64,000 nucleotides of DNA from an uncultured delta proteobacterium (lineage in GTDB: Bacteria; Desulfobacterota; Binatia; UBA9968), in assembly GCA_963745835.1 (NCBI GenBank), contig CAVUZH010000013.1, positions 448,001 through 512,000 of the forward strand, given 5' to 3'. The notes beneath the pieces are model-generated. The model saw only the letters and a program-made list of their open reading frames with translations. It did no database searches and had not been told where the DNA came from. The position numbers were made by a program, and so were the translations under genes. Positions 29,534-39,061 of the stretch are shown piece by piece. The stretch's first letter is position 1. The number at the start of each line of letters is the position of its first letter.

Positions 29534-31249
29534 CTATGCCGCGGCCTGGAGCCCGTGGCCGTTGCCGCTCCCCAGCACGCTCCCTGGCAGCGCCCCAGTG
29601 TGATTGCCCTTATCAACCAATACTTCGCCGTTGACGATCGTCATTTCGATGCCCGTTGCTTTTTGGATGAAGCGTTTTTCGTTACCTGGCAAGTCTTGCA
29701 CCATTTCCGGGTCGCACTCACGGATCGTCGCCGGATCGAACAGAACTAGGTCTGCGGCCATGCCGCGGCGCAGCAAGCCCCGCCCTTGCAGGCCGAAGAT
29801 TGATGCAACCATGAACGTCAGTTTGCGCACGCCTTCTTCCAGACTCATGATTTTTTTCTCCCGCACCCAGTAACCAAGCAGGCGGGTCGAGTAGCCAAAT
29901 CCCGCATCGTAGATCAGATGCGCGCCGGCATCGGACTGACCGACGAGAACGTAGGGGCTGCGGATGATCTCGGCCACCGCCTCTTCGTCACCATTGGTGC
30001 TGGAGGTTTGAAACTCGGTGTCCAACCCTTCCTCGAGCGAGAGATCGAGGAAGGCGTCGATCACATCCTGACCGCGTATTTTGGCGATCTCCGCCACGCT
30101 CTTTTTTTCCAGATATTTATTCGCCGGAGTCGCGGCGTTGATCAGATACACCAGATCCCAGCGTCGCGAGAAACGCGACGACTTCTTCTCCTCGACCGCT
30201 TCATAGCGCATCTTCTTGCGCGTATCCGGATCTTTGATCGCTTCGATGCGCGCTTCCAACGGTAAGAATAGAATTGTCTTCCAGGTCGGCAGGTCATCGA
30301 ACACCTGAGCGTTCTTCATCGTGAGCCGGTTATTGAACAAACGGGCATTGCACAACGGATAGGACTGTACGCCTCGATCGATCGACTCTTTGGCGAGATC
30401 CAAAAGCTGGCGCCATTCAGTGGGCTTATCCCAACGGTGCGTGATGCTCTGCCAGATCACCGGCCGGCCGGAACGGCTGGAGATTTCGTCGAACAGCTGC
30501 ACGCTCTCGCGCATCGGCACCGAAACACCCAATGAGCCCCGGGAAATCTGCACGGCGCCCTGGTTGATCTCGCCCAGCGCGCAGGCGAGCTCGATAATCT
30601 CTTCGTCGGTGGCAAAGCGACTCTGGATCGGCGTGCCGTCGGCGTACATGTGAACGGGATTTTGATTGGTCGAAAAACCGGAGGCGCCCGCGCGCACGCT
30701 GGCCTTTAGCACTTCTTTCATCTGATGAATCTCCGCCGCGGTCGCGGCGCGCTCGATGGAGGCCTCGCCCATTACGAATTGGCGCAGTGCGCAGTGGCCC
30801 ACCAGCGATGCGACATTGATACCCAGGTTACCGCGCAGAGCGTCGAGGTATTCGCCGAAGGCAGTAAAGCCCCACTTCACTCCGGCTTTCAGAGCCGGCA
30901 GCGTAATCGCTTCAACGCGCTCGAAGCTTTTCAATATTGTCTCACGGTCCTGTTCCTTACAGGGCGCCAGCGACAGCCCGCAATTTCCGGGTATGACGGT
31001 GGTCACACCGTGGTAGCAGGAAGAGGTGGCCAAGGGATCCCATAAAAGCTGGGCATCGAGGTGCGTGTGAAAATCGATAAAACCTGGCGACACGGCAAGA
31101 CCATCGGCATTCACGATTCGTCGCGCGCTGCCGCTGATCCGCCCCATTTCAACAATGCGACCATCCTTAACCGCCACATCACCGAGGTAGGAAGGCAATC
31201 CACTGCCATCGTAAATGCGGCCGCCTTTGATGAGTAAGTCATACGACAT
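29534..31249 (-). CDS. N-acyl-D-amino-acid deacylase-like amidohydrolase
   Basis: PGFIDFHTHLD, GNCG, SDAGAH, ADLVLFDP; AAGGAGG RBS. Confidence 0.9.
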   Translation of the reverse strand: MSYDLLIKGGRIYDGSGLPSYLGDVAVKDGRIVEMGRISGSARRIVNADGLAVSPGFIDFHTHLDAQLLWDPLATSSCYHGVTTVIPGNCGLSLAPCKEQDRETILKSFERVEAITLPALKAGVKWGFTAFGEYLDALRGNLGINVASLVGHCALRQFVMGEASIERAATAAEIHQMKEVLKASVRAGASGFSTNQNPVHMYADGTPIQSRFATDEEIIELACALGEINQGAVQISRGSLGVSVPMRESVQLFDEISSRSGRPVIWQSITHRWDKPTEWRQLLDLAKESIDRGVQSYPLCNARLFNNRLTMKNAQVFDDLPTWKTILFLPLEARIEAIKDPDTRKKMRYEAVEEKKSSRFSRRWDLVYLINAATPANKYLEKKSVAEIAKIRGQDVIDAFLDLSLEEGLDTEFQTSSTNGDEEAVAEIIRSPYVLVGQSDAGAHLIYDAGFGYSTRLLGYWVREKKIMSLEEGVRKLTFMVASIFGLQGRGLLRRGMAADLVLFDPATIRECDPEMVQDLPGNEKRFIQKATGIEMTIVNGEVLVDKGNHTGALPGSVLGSGNGHGLQAAA

Positions 31250-31287
31250 GAGAAATCCTCCTTGGTCGATCCAACCGGCTGCGTGAG

Positions 31288-31315
31288 CTTATAGATAGGG
31301 GTATACAAAAGTCAA
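31288..31315 (-). promoter_or_regulatory. Possible sigma-70 promoter of the amidohydrolase operon
   Basis: TTGACT-N16-TATAAG on the minus strand, about 40 bp upstream of the start codon. Confidence 0.35.
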
Positions 31316-31541
31316 TCAAGAATCGCTAACCGGGCTCCAGATCGAAGAATCCGGTGACTACAATGATCTAACTTCTCTGTGCTGTTGTGTCTGGCGACGG
31401 GAAGAGCCGATCGATTCAACACCGAGACACGGACAGCGCTTAGTCGGCGATCTCCGTAACTCAAATCGGATGCAGCATTGTGTAAGTCCAACCGTTATGA
31501 ATAAGCTATGACTTAACCTTTGAACCGTTAAGCAAAATGTC

Positions 31542-34500
31542 TCAGGAGAGTAAGAGCTCGAGATCTTCGCGGGTTAGATTGTGCAGTAAGCTGTTATCGG
31601 CGGTAATGATGGCATCTGCCAGATCGCGTTTACTTTTCTGCAGCTCCAGCACCTTTTCTTCGACAGTGTCTCGCGCAATCAAACGATAAGCAAAAACCTG
31701 GCGGGTTTGGCCGATGCGATGGGCGCGGTCAATGGCCTGAGCTTCTACGGCTGGATTCCACCAGGGATCGAGAAGGTAGACGTATTCAGCGGCGTGCAAA
31801 TTGAGACCCAGTCCGCCTGCCTTAAGGCTGATGAGGAACAACTTGATGTTTGGATCGTTTTGAAACTCCTCGACCCGCGCCTCACGCTCGCGAGTGCGGC
31901 CATCCAGGTAGGAATAAGCGACTTGATCACGATCGAGCCGATCACGGACAATGGCAAGCAAACTGGTGAACTGTGAGAAAACCAGCGCTTTATGTCCCTC
32001 CTCGCGCACTTGCTCGAGTTGGGCCATCAAAGTGTCGAGCTTGGCGCTGGGTTCGGCAACTTTGCTCTTGTCAATCAGACCGGGATGGCAAGCGGCCTGA
32101 CGCAGACGCAGCAGCGCCTCGAGCGCCTGGAACTTGACTCGGCTACGGTCTCCATTTTCGAAGTCCTTCAACAACCGCGCACGGTAGTAGGCGCGCAACT
32201 CGTCGTACTGTTTTTTTTCGCGCCCCTCCAGATCGCAAAAAATAGTTTGCTCGGTCTTATCCGGAAGCTCGCGCGCCACCTGGCTTTTCGTGCGCCTAAG
32301 CACAAAGGGCCGCAGCGCGCGCGCCAACAAACTACGGGTGGCGGGTTCGGGGTTGCGCCCGGCACGGCCAAATACGGTGGCACTGCCGAAGAGACCGGGG
32401 TTGAGAAATTCGAACAAACTCCAGAGCTCGCCCAGATGGTTCTCCACCGGAGTGCCGCTCATCGCCAGGCGGTGGTCGGCGCGTAGCAAGCGCGCCGCTT
32501 TGGCCGACAATGTTCCGGCATTTTTGATCGCCTGCGCTTCATCAAGAACACAATAGTCGAAACGCTGTGCTTTAAATTCCAAGGCATCGCGCCGAAGCGT
32601 GCCATAGGTGGTAATGACAACATCATAGTCGCTGAAATGTTCGCCCGGCTTTGCGCGCAATGATCCGGTATGATCGAGGAATTGCAGTTTAGGCGTAAAT
32701 CGCGCGGCCTCTCTCTTCCAATGAAAGACCAGCGAGCGTGGCACCACGACTAATGAAGGCCGCGGCGTTTGACGCTCGCCCCGGGCATACGAGTCGCGAC
32801 GCGATTCCAACAACGCTAATACCTGAACTGTTTTGCCGAGCCCCATGTCGTCGGCCAGGCAACCACCCAACCCGAAGCGCTGCAGAAAACCGAGCCAGCC
32901 CAAGCCCTCACGCTGATAGTCGCGCAAATGCCCAACGAAGTCGTCTGTCGGATCGGCAGCCTCGAGCCCTGCGAATGAGTAGAGTTCTTGCCGTATGCGC
33001 TCAAACCCGGCATCGACAGCCACATTCTCTTCACTGGCAATTAGCGCATCGATTAAGCCGACTTGCTTTCGGCTAAACCTCAGCTGATCGCCATGCATGC
33101 TGCCCAGGCCGGCCAGCAACCGGTATTTTTCCAGCCAATCTTCCGGCAAAATGCCGATGGTTCCGTCATCGAGGCGGACGGTCTCTTCGCCGCGCTTTAT
33201 GGCGCGCAGCAGTTTCGGCAGCGCCAGTTTGACTTGATCAAATAGGGCGCCGCCCTGAAGCTCAAACCAATCAACTCCCGATTTAACATTGAGACGCAGG
33301 GCGCTCGCCGGACGATAAATTTTCCCTTCGGCCTCGACGCGCCAGCCGGCGCCGCTTAGCGCGCGCACGACGCTTGGAAGACGATCCGGTGAGAATTCGA
33401 ATTCGCTCTCAGAGCCGGGCCAATGCCGCCGGCGAAAGCCAAGCTCTTTCAAGCGATTCACCGCCGCATCTTCCACGGCAAAGTCGCGATTGATCAAACG
33501 GCGACGATTTTGTTGATGTATGGCCTGTCCGGGGTACCTGTGCGGCACCAGGGTGCCATCATACTCAAAAGAAAGATTACCGATCAGACGAGCATTTACC
33601 GATTTGCGCTCACTTGGAGAGCTTATCGTTAAACCCGGATTGGGACGGCAGGTGATTTCTTCGAAGCTAAACTCCTGCGGGAGTTTAAGCCGTGGCCGGC
33701 GCGGCATACGCAAGATCTCATTGACAAATTCATCGCCCTCTGTTTTGGGGACAGACATCGGTCCGTGGTCTCGCAGAAGCTCAATCCAGCTAAACGCGCC
33801 GAAATTGTGCAAACGAGCGATGCGACCGTCATAAACCAGCAGGCCGCCGGCAACGATGAGCTGCGGATTTTTGAGGTCCATCTCTACGTCTTCGCGCCGC
33901 AACACGCCGCGCACGGAGTACTGTTCTCCGGATTTCTCGACGGTCATTTCCACGCCGAAGTCCCAGGGCTCACCTTGGTCCCATACCAGTGGCTGCTGAT
34001 TTTGGTCACTTGAGAGACCGAGTACGAATCGCTCTGTGGCGCACATCAGCGGCAACAGCAGATCCCATGAAGGCTCCGCTAGGCTAAAGGTCGACTGAAC
34101 CGAATCGTAGTACGGCGAGTAACCGTAGCTGGTTTCTTCCCGCGCTCCAGCCAGTAGCGCGAGAATCCGTCTGTCGGCCGGATCGGGGAGAGTAGCGATT
34201 TCGTTGAGGCGGATTTTCTGATTCTTGAGTTTGCCCCAACTGCCATCGGCTTTCCGGGCGCGCTGCGCCACTTGGATCGTCAGCCGTTCGCTGTCGACGC
34301 AACCGCTCATATCGATGGCATAGACGAAGTAGCGCTCGGGGCCGTCATCCAAATTAAACCGGCGATCCTGTGCCGCCATGCCTACATCAAGCCGCTGAAG
34401 TTGCCGCTTCCAATTTACCTCAGGTGAACGCGAGGTTGGGCTCCGCTCAGCTGGATGATAATTAAACAATCCCGGTATCTCTTCTCTAATTTCGCCGGGA

Positions 34501-34808
34501 GCGTGATCGCCTAATCCGTCGAGAAAGCCACTTCGCTCGGCTGCCAAAAACACCGCCCATATGTGTTTGCAGGTGACCAACTCTCGGTCGTAGAGGGGGC
34601 AGCTGCACGAGACTTGGAAAAAATCCTGGGCCCGAAGAATGATGACTTCGTAGCGTCGCGTACCTTGGACCGTCGCCGCGACCCGCCAGGCGCTCCCTTC
34701 GATGATGTTGACGGCGCCGTCCAGATAATACCGTTCGCCTCGCTCGCGAAAGGTCCGGCTGACACACCCGGATACTGCTGAGGTTAGGGATTTAAAAGAG
34801 TTTTTCAC
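31542..34808 (-). CDS. SWIM zinc finger SNF2-family helicase/ATPase
   Basis: SWIM CSC...CKH; LADDMGLGKT, DEAQ, SGTP, LRRTK, FSQF, WWNP...QAIDRAHRIGQ. Confidence 0.93.
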   Translation of the reverse strand: MKNSFKSLTSAVSGCVSRTFRERGERYYLDGAVNIIEGSAWRVAATVQGTRRYEVIILRAQDFFQVSCSCPLYDRELVTCKHIWAVFLAAERSGFLDGLGDHAPGEIREEIPGLFNYHPAERSPTSRSPEVNWKRQLQRLDVGMAAQDRRFNLDDGPERYFVYAIDMSGCVDSERLTIQVAQRARKADGSWGKLKNQKIRLNEIATLPDPADRRILALLAGAREETSYGYSPYYDSVQSTFSLAEPSWDLLLPLMCATERFVLGLSSDQNQQPLVWDQGEPWDFGVEMTVEKSGEQYSVRGVLRREDVEMDLKNPQLIVAGGLLVYDGRIARLHNFGAFSWIELLRDHGPMSVPKTEGDEFVNEILRMPRRPRLKLPQEFSFEEITCRPNPGLTISSPSERKSVNARLIGNLSFEYDGTLVPHRYPGQAIHQQNRRRLINRDFAVEDAAVNRLKELGFRRRHWPGSESEFEFSPDRLPSVVRALSGAGWRVEAEGKIYRPASALRLNVKSGVDWFELQGGALFDQVKLALPKLLRAIKRGEETVRLDDGTIGILPEDWLEKYRLLAGLGSMHGDQLRFSRKQVGLIDALIASEENVAVDAGFERIRQELYSFAGLEAADPTDDFVGHLRDYQREGLGWLGFLQRFGLGGCLADDMGLGKTVQVLALLESRRDSYARGERQTPRPSLVVVPRSLVFHWKREAARFTPKLQFLDHTGSLRAKPGEHFSDYDVVITTYGTLRRDALEFKAQRFDYCVLDEAQAIKNAGTLSAKAARLLRADHRLAMSGTPVENHLGELWSLFEFLNPGLFGSATVFGRAGRNPEPATRSLLARALRPFVLRRTKSQVARELPDKTEQTIFCDLEGREKKQYDELRAYYRARLLKDFENGDRSRVKFQALEALLRLRQAACHPGLIDKSKVAEPSAKLDTLMAQLEQVREEGHKALVFSQFTSLLAIVRDRLDRDQVAYSYLDGRTREREARVEEFQNDPNIKLFLISLKAGGLGLNLHAAEYVYLLDPWWNPAVEAQAIDRAHRIGQTRQVFAYRLIARDTVEEKVLELQKSKRDLADAIITADNSLLHNLTREDLELLLS

Positions 34809-35253
34809 AATCGATCACTAATTACCGGTCGCCCTGAAACGCTGACGGCGTTGTTGGACGCGCTTTCATCGCGATAAAGTTGCTTGATCGAAGTTGGCAA
34901 AGCCTCATAAGGACGAAGACTTAATGGTATTCGCCGTGATTTGAATGTTCGGCACAGCGCTCGGGTCAATGTCGCAGTCACGTACTGACCTTAAAAGCCA
35001 CCCATCAAGGTAACCTCTGAGATTAACAGCCGCAAGCACGAAACTACAACTCCCCAGCATCTATTTTGGATAGCATGTACCGGGAGACTAACGAGCGATT
35101 ATAGAAAATCCGCTCGCGCCTTGAACCATGCTTTACCTCCGTTGGTGCGGCACGAGCGCTGGCAACGCTAGATTCCGGTCACGGCTCGGCTAGCGCAGCG
35201 TGGAAGGGGTACTCAATGGATCGGAGGTGTGAGCTGATTGCAAGCGGCTGTCA

Positions 35254-36261
35254 TCAACGCTCTGACAGCACCGCTTTCACAAACCCGCTTTGATCAAGCT
35301 CTCGGACCAGGCGGCTGTCGGAAAAGTCTTCGGGCTTTGCGCCCTTGGCCTTAGGATTTTGTTTCTCCAGCCCCTGTAGCAGGCTGGCGATGCCGCTGAT
35401 CGACGGATACGGCGGAATCGCAAAGTTGGATTTCACCACGGCGTTATAACTCTCTTCGAGGATTTCCCGGTCGTCGGTTCGGAAATATTTGGCCATCGCC
35501 TTTAGAGCAAAGTTCTTGTCCTTCTGCGCTCGCGCCGCGCCCTCGATGTATGCCCGCAAGAAGCGTCTCGCCACATCCTCGTTGGTCTTTAGATACCGCC
35601 GCGTCGTCACCACTCCGTTGATGTGGTATTCCGCATCCAGCTTCGACATATCCAAAAGCTCTTTGAGTTTCACTTTGCGCGCTTGCAGGGTCGCGGGAGG
35701 AGTGATTGCCGCGGCGTGGACCTTTCCTGCCGCCATCGCGGTTACGGTTTCTGCCGGTCCTCCCGTCTGAACCATAGTGATGTCTCGTTCAGGTTCGATC
35801 CCATAGGCGCGCAGTGCGAATCTGGAAGCGAGATCGGAAAGTGTTCCAAACCGGGTTGCGCCAAATACCTTTCCTCTTAGATCCTCCATCCTATCGATGC
35901 CCGGCCGGGCAAAGATCGAGAACAGAAACTTTCGCACGATCGTGGCGATAATCACAGTGTCGGCGCCGGAGAAGTTGGCTTGAATCGAGGCAGCGCCGCC
36001 AAGTTGGATAATCGGCAACTCACCTGCGAGCATCGCCTGAAGAGCCAGCGAACTGCCGGGAATGCTGATCGTCTCGGCATCCAAGCCGTGCTTCTCGTAA
36101 TAGTTTCCCTCCTTGGCAAGCCACATAGTCATCTGCGTCGCCGACGCCGAGCCTCCGCCGAGCCTGAGCTTGTCAAGTTTCCTTTCTTGCGCCGGCGCAG
36201 CGCAAAATAGAGCTAGGGTGATGAACACGGCGCAAGGCAATATCAGGCGATTGATGTTCAT
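35254..36261 (-). CDS. ABC transporter substrate-binding protein (NMT1/THI5/SsuA class)
   Basis: Signal peptide; AKEGNYYEKHGL, DLRGK, ARRFLRAY; AAGGAG RBS before ATG 36261. Confidence 0.88.
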   Translation of the reverse strand: MNINRLILPCAVFITLALFCAAPAQERKLDKLRLGGGSASATQMTMWLAKEGNYYEKHGLDAETISIPGSSLALQAMLAGELPIIQLGGAASIQANFSGADTVIIATIVRKFLFSIFARPGIDRMEDLRGKVFGATRFGTLSDLASRFALRAYGIEPERDITMVQTGGPAETVTAMAAGKVHAAAITPPATLQARKVKLKELLDMSKLDAEYHINGVVTTRRYLKTNEDVARRFLRAYIEGAARAQKDKNFALKAMAKYFRTDDREILEESYNAVVKSNFAIPPYPSISGIASLLQGLEKQNPKAKGAKPEDFSDSRLVRELDQSGFVKAVLSER

Positions 36262-36364
36262 GTGACTCTCCTTTTCACAGCTACAAGTCGTGCCAAAATA
36301 GAGAGACACCAGCCTAGGTGTCAAGCGATCCCGGCTGAGTGGTCGCTCAAGAGAGGCGCAAAGA

Positions 36365-37138
36365 CTATGAGCGGTGGGTCTCTTTTTCTAGAAGCGCCTT
36401 CAAGCTCGCGGCGTTTGTTAGCGCGTGGCCATGCAAATCATTATTGAAATAAACGTAAGCGTCCAGTCCAGATTTTAGATAGCCTTTAATTTCTCGGGCG
36501 TAAACACCAAGGGTTGCGTCATCGTAGTTGCCGTCGTAGCGGCCGCCGTGGAATCGGATGTAAACCCAATCGGCGGTAACCTCTCGGGGGTGCTCGGGGA
36601 TCATGTCGTGGATGCACAAAGCGGCGCGATAGCGACGCAGCACCTCATAAACTTCGTTTATCAACCAGCGCGGATCGCGAAATTCCACCGTCCACCGATG
36701 TCTCCGTGGAGCGGCTGCAAGAAAGTCTGCCAATCGTTCTACGTTGACATTCCATCTTGGCGGCAGCTGGACGAGAATCGGAGCCAAGTGATCCTCAAGG
36801 CGCTCGGCGCGTTCGGTGAATCTACGGATGGTGTCCGCGGCATTCTTTAGTTTCATTACATGCGAACCATAGCGGCTGAATTTCAGGGCGAAACAAAATC
36901 CTTCCGGAGCGCCGGCCCTCCAGGCATCGAAGTAAGTTTCCGGCGGCAGGCGGTAAAAAGTGTTGTTGAGCTCAACCGTGTCGAACTGCGCGGCATAGTA
37001 AGCGAACCATTGCTTGGAAGAAAGATTCTCAGGGTAGAAGATTCCCTTCCAGTGCTTGTAGTGAAAACCGGAGGTGCCTATACGGTAGTGACCGGAGCGT
37101 CTACCGGTCCGGGGTTGCTTTGATGCAAGGTCTGTCAT
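36365..37138 (-). CDS. DUF72 (YecE-like) family protein
   Basis: IGTSGF, VELNNTFY, VQLPP, VEFR, YIRFHG, YFNND. Confidence 0.9.
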   Translation of the reverse strand: MTDLASKQPRTGRRSGHYRIGTSGFHYKHWKGIFYPENLSSKQWFAYYAAQFDTVELNNTFYRLPPETYFDAWRAGAPEGFCFALKFSRYGSHVMKLKNAADTIRRFTERAERLEDHLAPILVQLPPRWNVNVERLADFLAAAPRRHRWTVEFRDPRWLINEVYEVLRRYRAALCIHDMIPEHPREVTADWVYIRFHGGRYDGNYDDATLGVYAREIKGYLKSGLDAYVYFNNDLHGHALTNAASLKALLEKETHRS

Positions 37139-37248
37139 CGGCAGAGTTGCCGTTATCTGATCGATGTACTATGGGTCAAAATCTCTACAAAGAGCGTAAC
37201 CTCCACAACGACCGAGTCAACCGAGACTCTCATAGACTGACATAGGGA

Positions 37249-38769
37249 TCATACCGGCGGGTAAACAACTCCTGAGCCGGGACCAAGCGGAATTCCCAGG
37301 AGCAGCCAGGCGATCAGGAGGAGGGTCCAGCCGATGGCGAAGCTAACCGAATAAGGCAGCATCAGCGTCAGCAAAGTTCCAAGGCCGATAGATGGTTGAT
37401 ATTTTTGCGCGAACGCGATGATTAGCGGCATGTAGGGCATGAGAGGCGTGATAATATTGGTAAAGGAATCGCCGATTCGATAAGCGCCTTGGGTCATCTC
37501 AGGAGAGAATCCGAGAATCATCAGCATCGGCACAAACACAGGTCCGATAACGGCCCACTTGGCCGACGCGCTGGCAACAAATAGATCGATGACGGCGCAA
37601 ACAAAAATAAACAAAACTATCAGTGGGATTCCCGACAAGCCCGAGCCACGCAACAAGTCAGCGCCGCTGACGGCCATTATCAGGCCGAGGTTGGACCAGC
37701 CGAAGTAGGCGACAAACTGGCTTGCCGCAAACGCCAAAGCGATGTAGCTCCCCATGGTGCCAAGGGTCTCTTCGATCATGCGCGCGACGTCGCGGTTGCT
37801 TGTGATCGTTCCTGCCGCCAAGCCATACGCAAGCGCCGGCAGCAAGAATCCCACAGCCATCAAAACCACCATACCTTGAAAGAACGGCTCGAGAGTGCCC
37901 TTGGCATCGCGCAAGAGTGCGTCCTCCGGCGTTACCAGGAAGAGCAGTATGACGAGCTCGAAAACGAGAGTGATCCCCGCAGCTTTCAAGCCGTGCTTTT
38001 CTTGAATCCCCAGGACTGCCGAACCGGGCTCCTCTTGCATTCGATACGGACCCAATCTCGGCTCGATAATCCAGTTGGTTACGATCGCACCGATGCCGGT
38101 CAGCAAGAAAGTCGAGCCAATCATGAAGTAGTAATTTGCCGTGGCCGGGACCACGTACTTCGGATCATAGAGTCTCGCTGCCTCCTGGGTAAGGCCAGCC
38201 AGAAGCGGATCGAGCGGCGTGAGAAACAGGTTGGCGCTGAACCCTCCCGATACTCCAGCGAAGGCGGCAGCCAACCCGGCAATCGGATGGCGGCCGACTT
38301 GCGCGAATAGGACCGCTCCAAGTGGTATGAGGATGACGTACCCCGCATCCACCGTGAGACTGGCGTTGACCCCGGCAAATACCAATGCGGTCGTAATCAG
38401 CCAAGACGGCACACTCCGTACGAATCCTTTGAGGGCGGCAGAAAAAAGGCCGCCCCGCTCCGCCACACCTACCCCGATCATCGCGACCAGCACCGTGCCT
38501 AATGGAGCAAAGCCGGTAAAATTTCCCACAGCCTTGGTGATGATGTTCTGGATACCCTGGCGATCGAGTAGGTTAACGGCGGCGATCTGCTTACCCGTCA
38601 ACGGATGAACTACTGCTAGTCCCAGAGTATGGGCGAGGTATGAGATAATCAGAATCATGAGGGAAAAGAGTATAAATAGATTGAACGGATGCGGCAGCTT
38701 GTTACCCCAGCGCTCGATCCTATCGAGCAAGCCTGCGGCAAAGCTTCTCGGACGCAGCTTGGTCACCAT
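37249..38769 (-). CDS. abgT: AbgT family transporter (p-aminobenzoyl-glutamate transporter-like)
   Basis: IERWGNKLPHP, FAPLG, GRHPIAG, SGGFSAN, SASAKW, YRIGDS.TN.ITP; start uncertain. Confidence 0.9.
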   Translation of the reverse strand: MVTKLRPRSFAAGLLDRIERWGNKLPHPFNLFILFSLMILIISYLAHTLGLAVVHPLTGKQIAAVNLLDRQGIQNIITKAVGNFTGFAPLGTVLVAMIGVGVAERGGLFSAALKGFVRSVPSWLITTALVFAGVNASLTVDAGYVILIPLGAVLFAQVGRHPIAGLAAAFAGVSGGFSANLFLTPLDPLLAGLTQEAARLYDPKYVVPATANYYFMIGSTFLLTGIGAIVTNWIIEPRLGPYRMQEEPGSAVLGIQEKHGLKAAGITLVFELVILLFLVTPEDALLRDAKGTLEPFFQGMVVLMAVGFLLPALAYGLAAGTITSNRDVARMIEETLGTMGSYIALAFAASQFVAYFGWSNLGLIMAVSGADLLRGSGLSGIPLIVLFIFVCAVIDLFVASASAKWAVIGPVFVPMLMILGFSPEMTQGAYRIGDSFTNIITPLMPYMPLIIAFAQKYQPSIGLGTLLTLMLPYSVSFAIGWTLLLIAWLLLGIPLGPGSGVVYPPV

Positions 38770-39061
38770 CGCCTTTGCATAATACTCTCCGCTTGAATGA
38801 GTCAAGTAGATAGCGCGCCCTGCCCGCTGCCGGGCGCGGACCAGCTCAGCCAGTTGAACGAATGTGATGAATGCATCGATCATCGTGCGGCGATCAATCG
38901 AACAATTCGCGCGTATTGCAGATTTTGCAGCCGCACAGATTCCATCAGGCGCACGACTATCAAGTCGTGGCGGTTCCGGCGCTTCATATGGAGAAAAGAG
39001 CGCTGTTCAGCTTGCCAAAGCTGATTGAAGACCCAGGGGATAAATGTTAGACGGAACACCT

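Noticed and set aside
28690-29634. 314-aa ORF on the plus strand
   Set aside because: Antisense shadow of the AMDase-like gene; no motifs.
31542-34808. SNF2 helicase as part of an anti-phage system
   Set aside because: No methylase, nuclease or other defence genes adjacent; the SWIM-SNF2 architecture is a common stand-alone type.
34809-35253. 445-bp intergenic gap as possible ncRNA or gene remnant
   Set aside because: Only short hairpins; no recognisable RNA motif or credible ORF.
38765-38792. GGAGAG followed by an out-of-frame ATG just upstream of abgT
   Set aside because: Could be a tiny uORF or a one-base error, but evidence is insufficient; an in-frame ATG exists at 38769.
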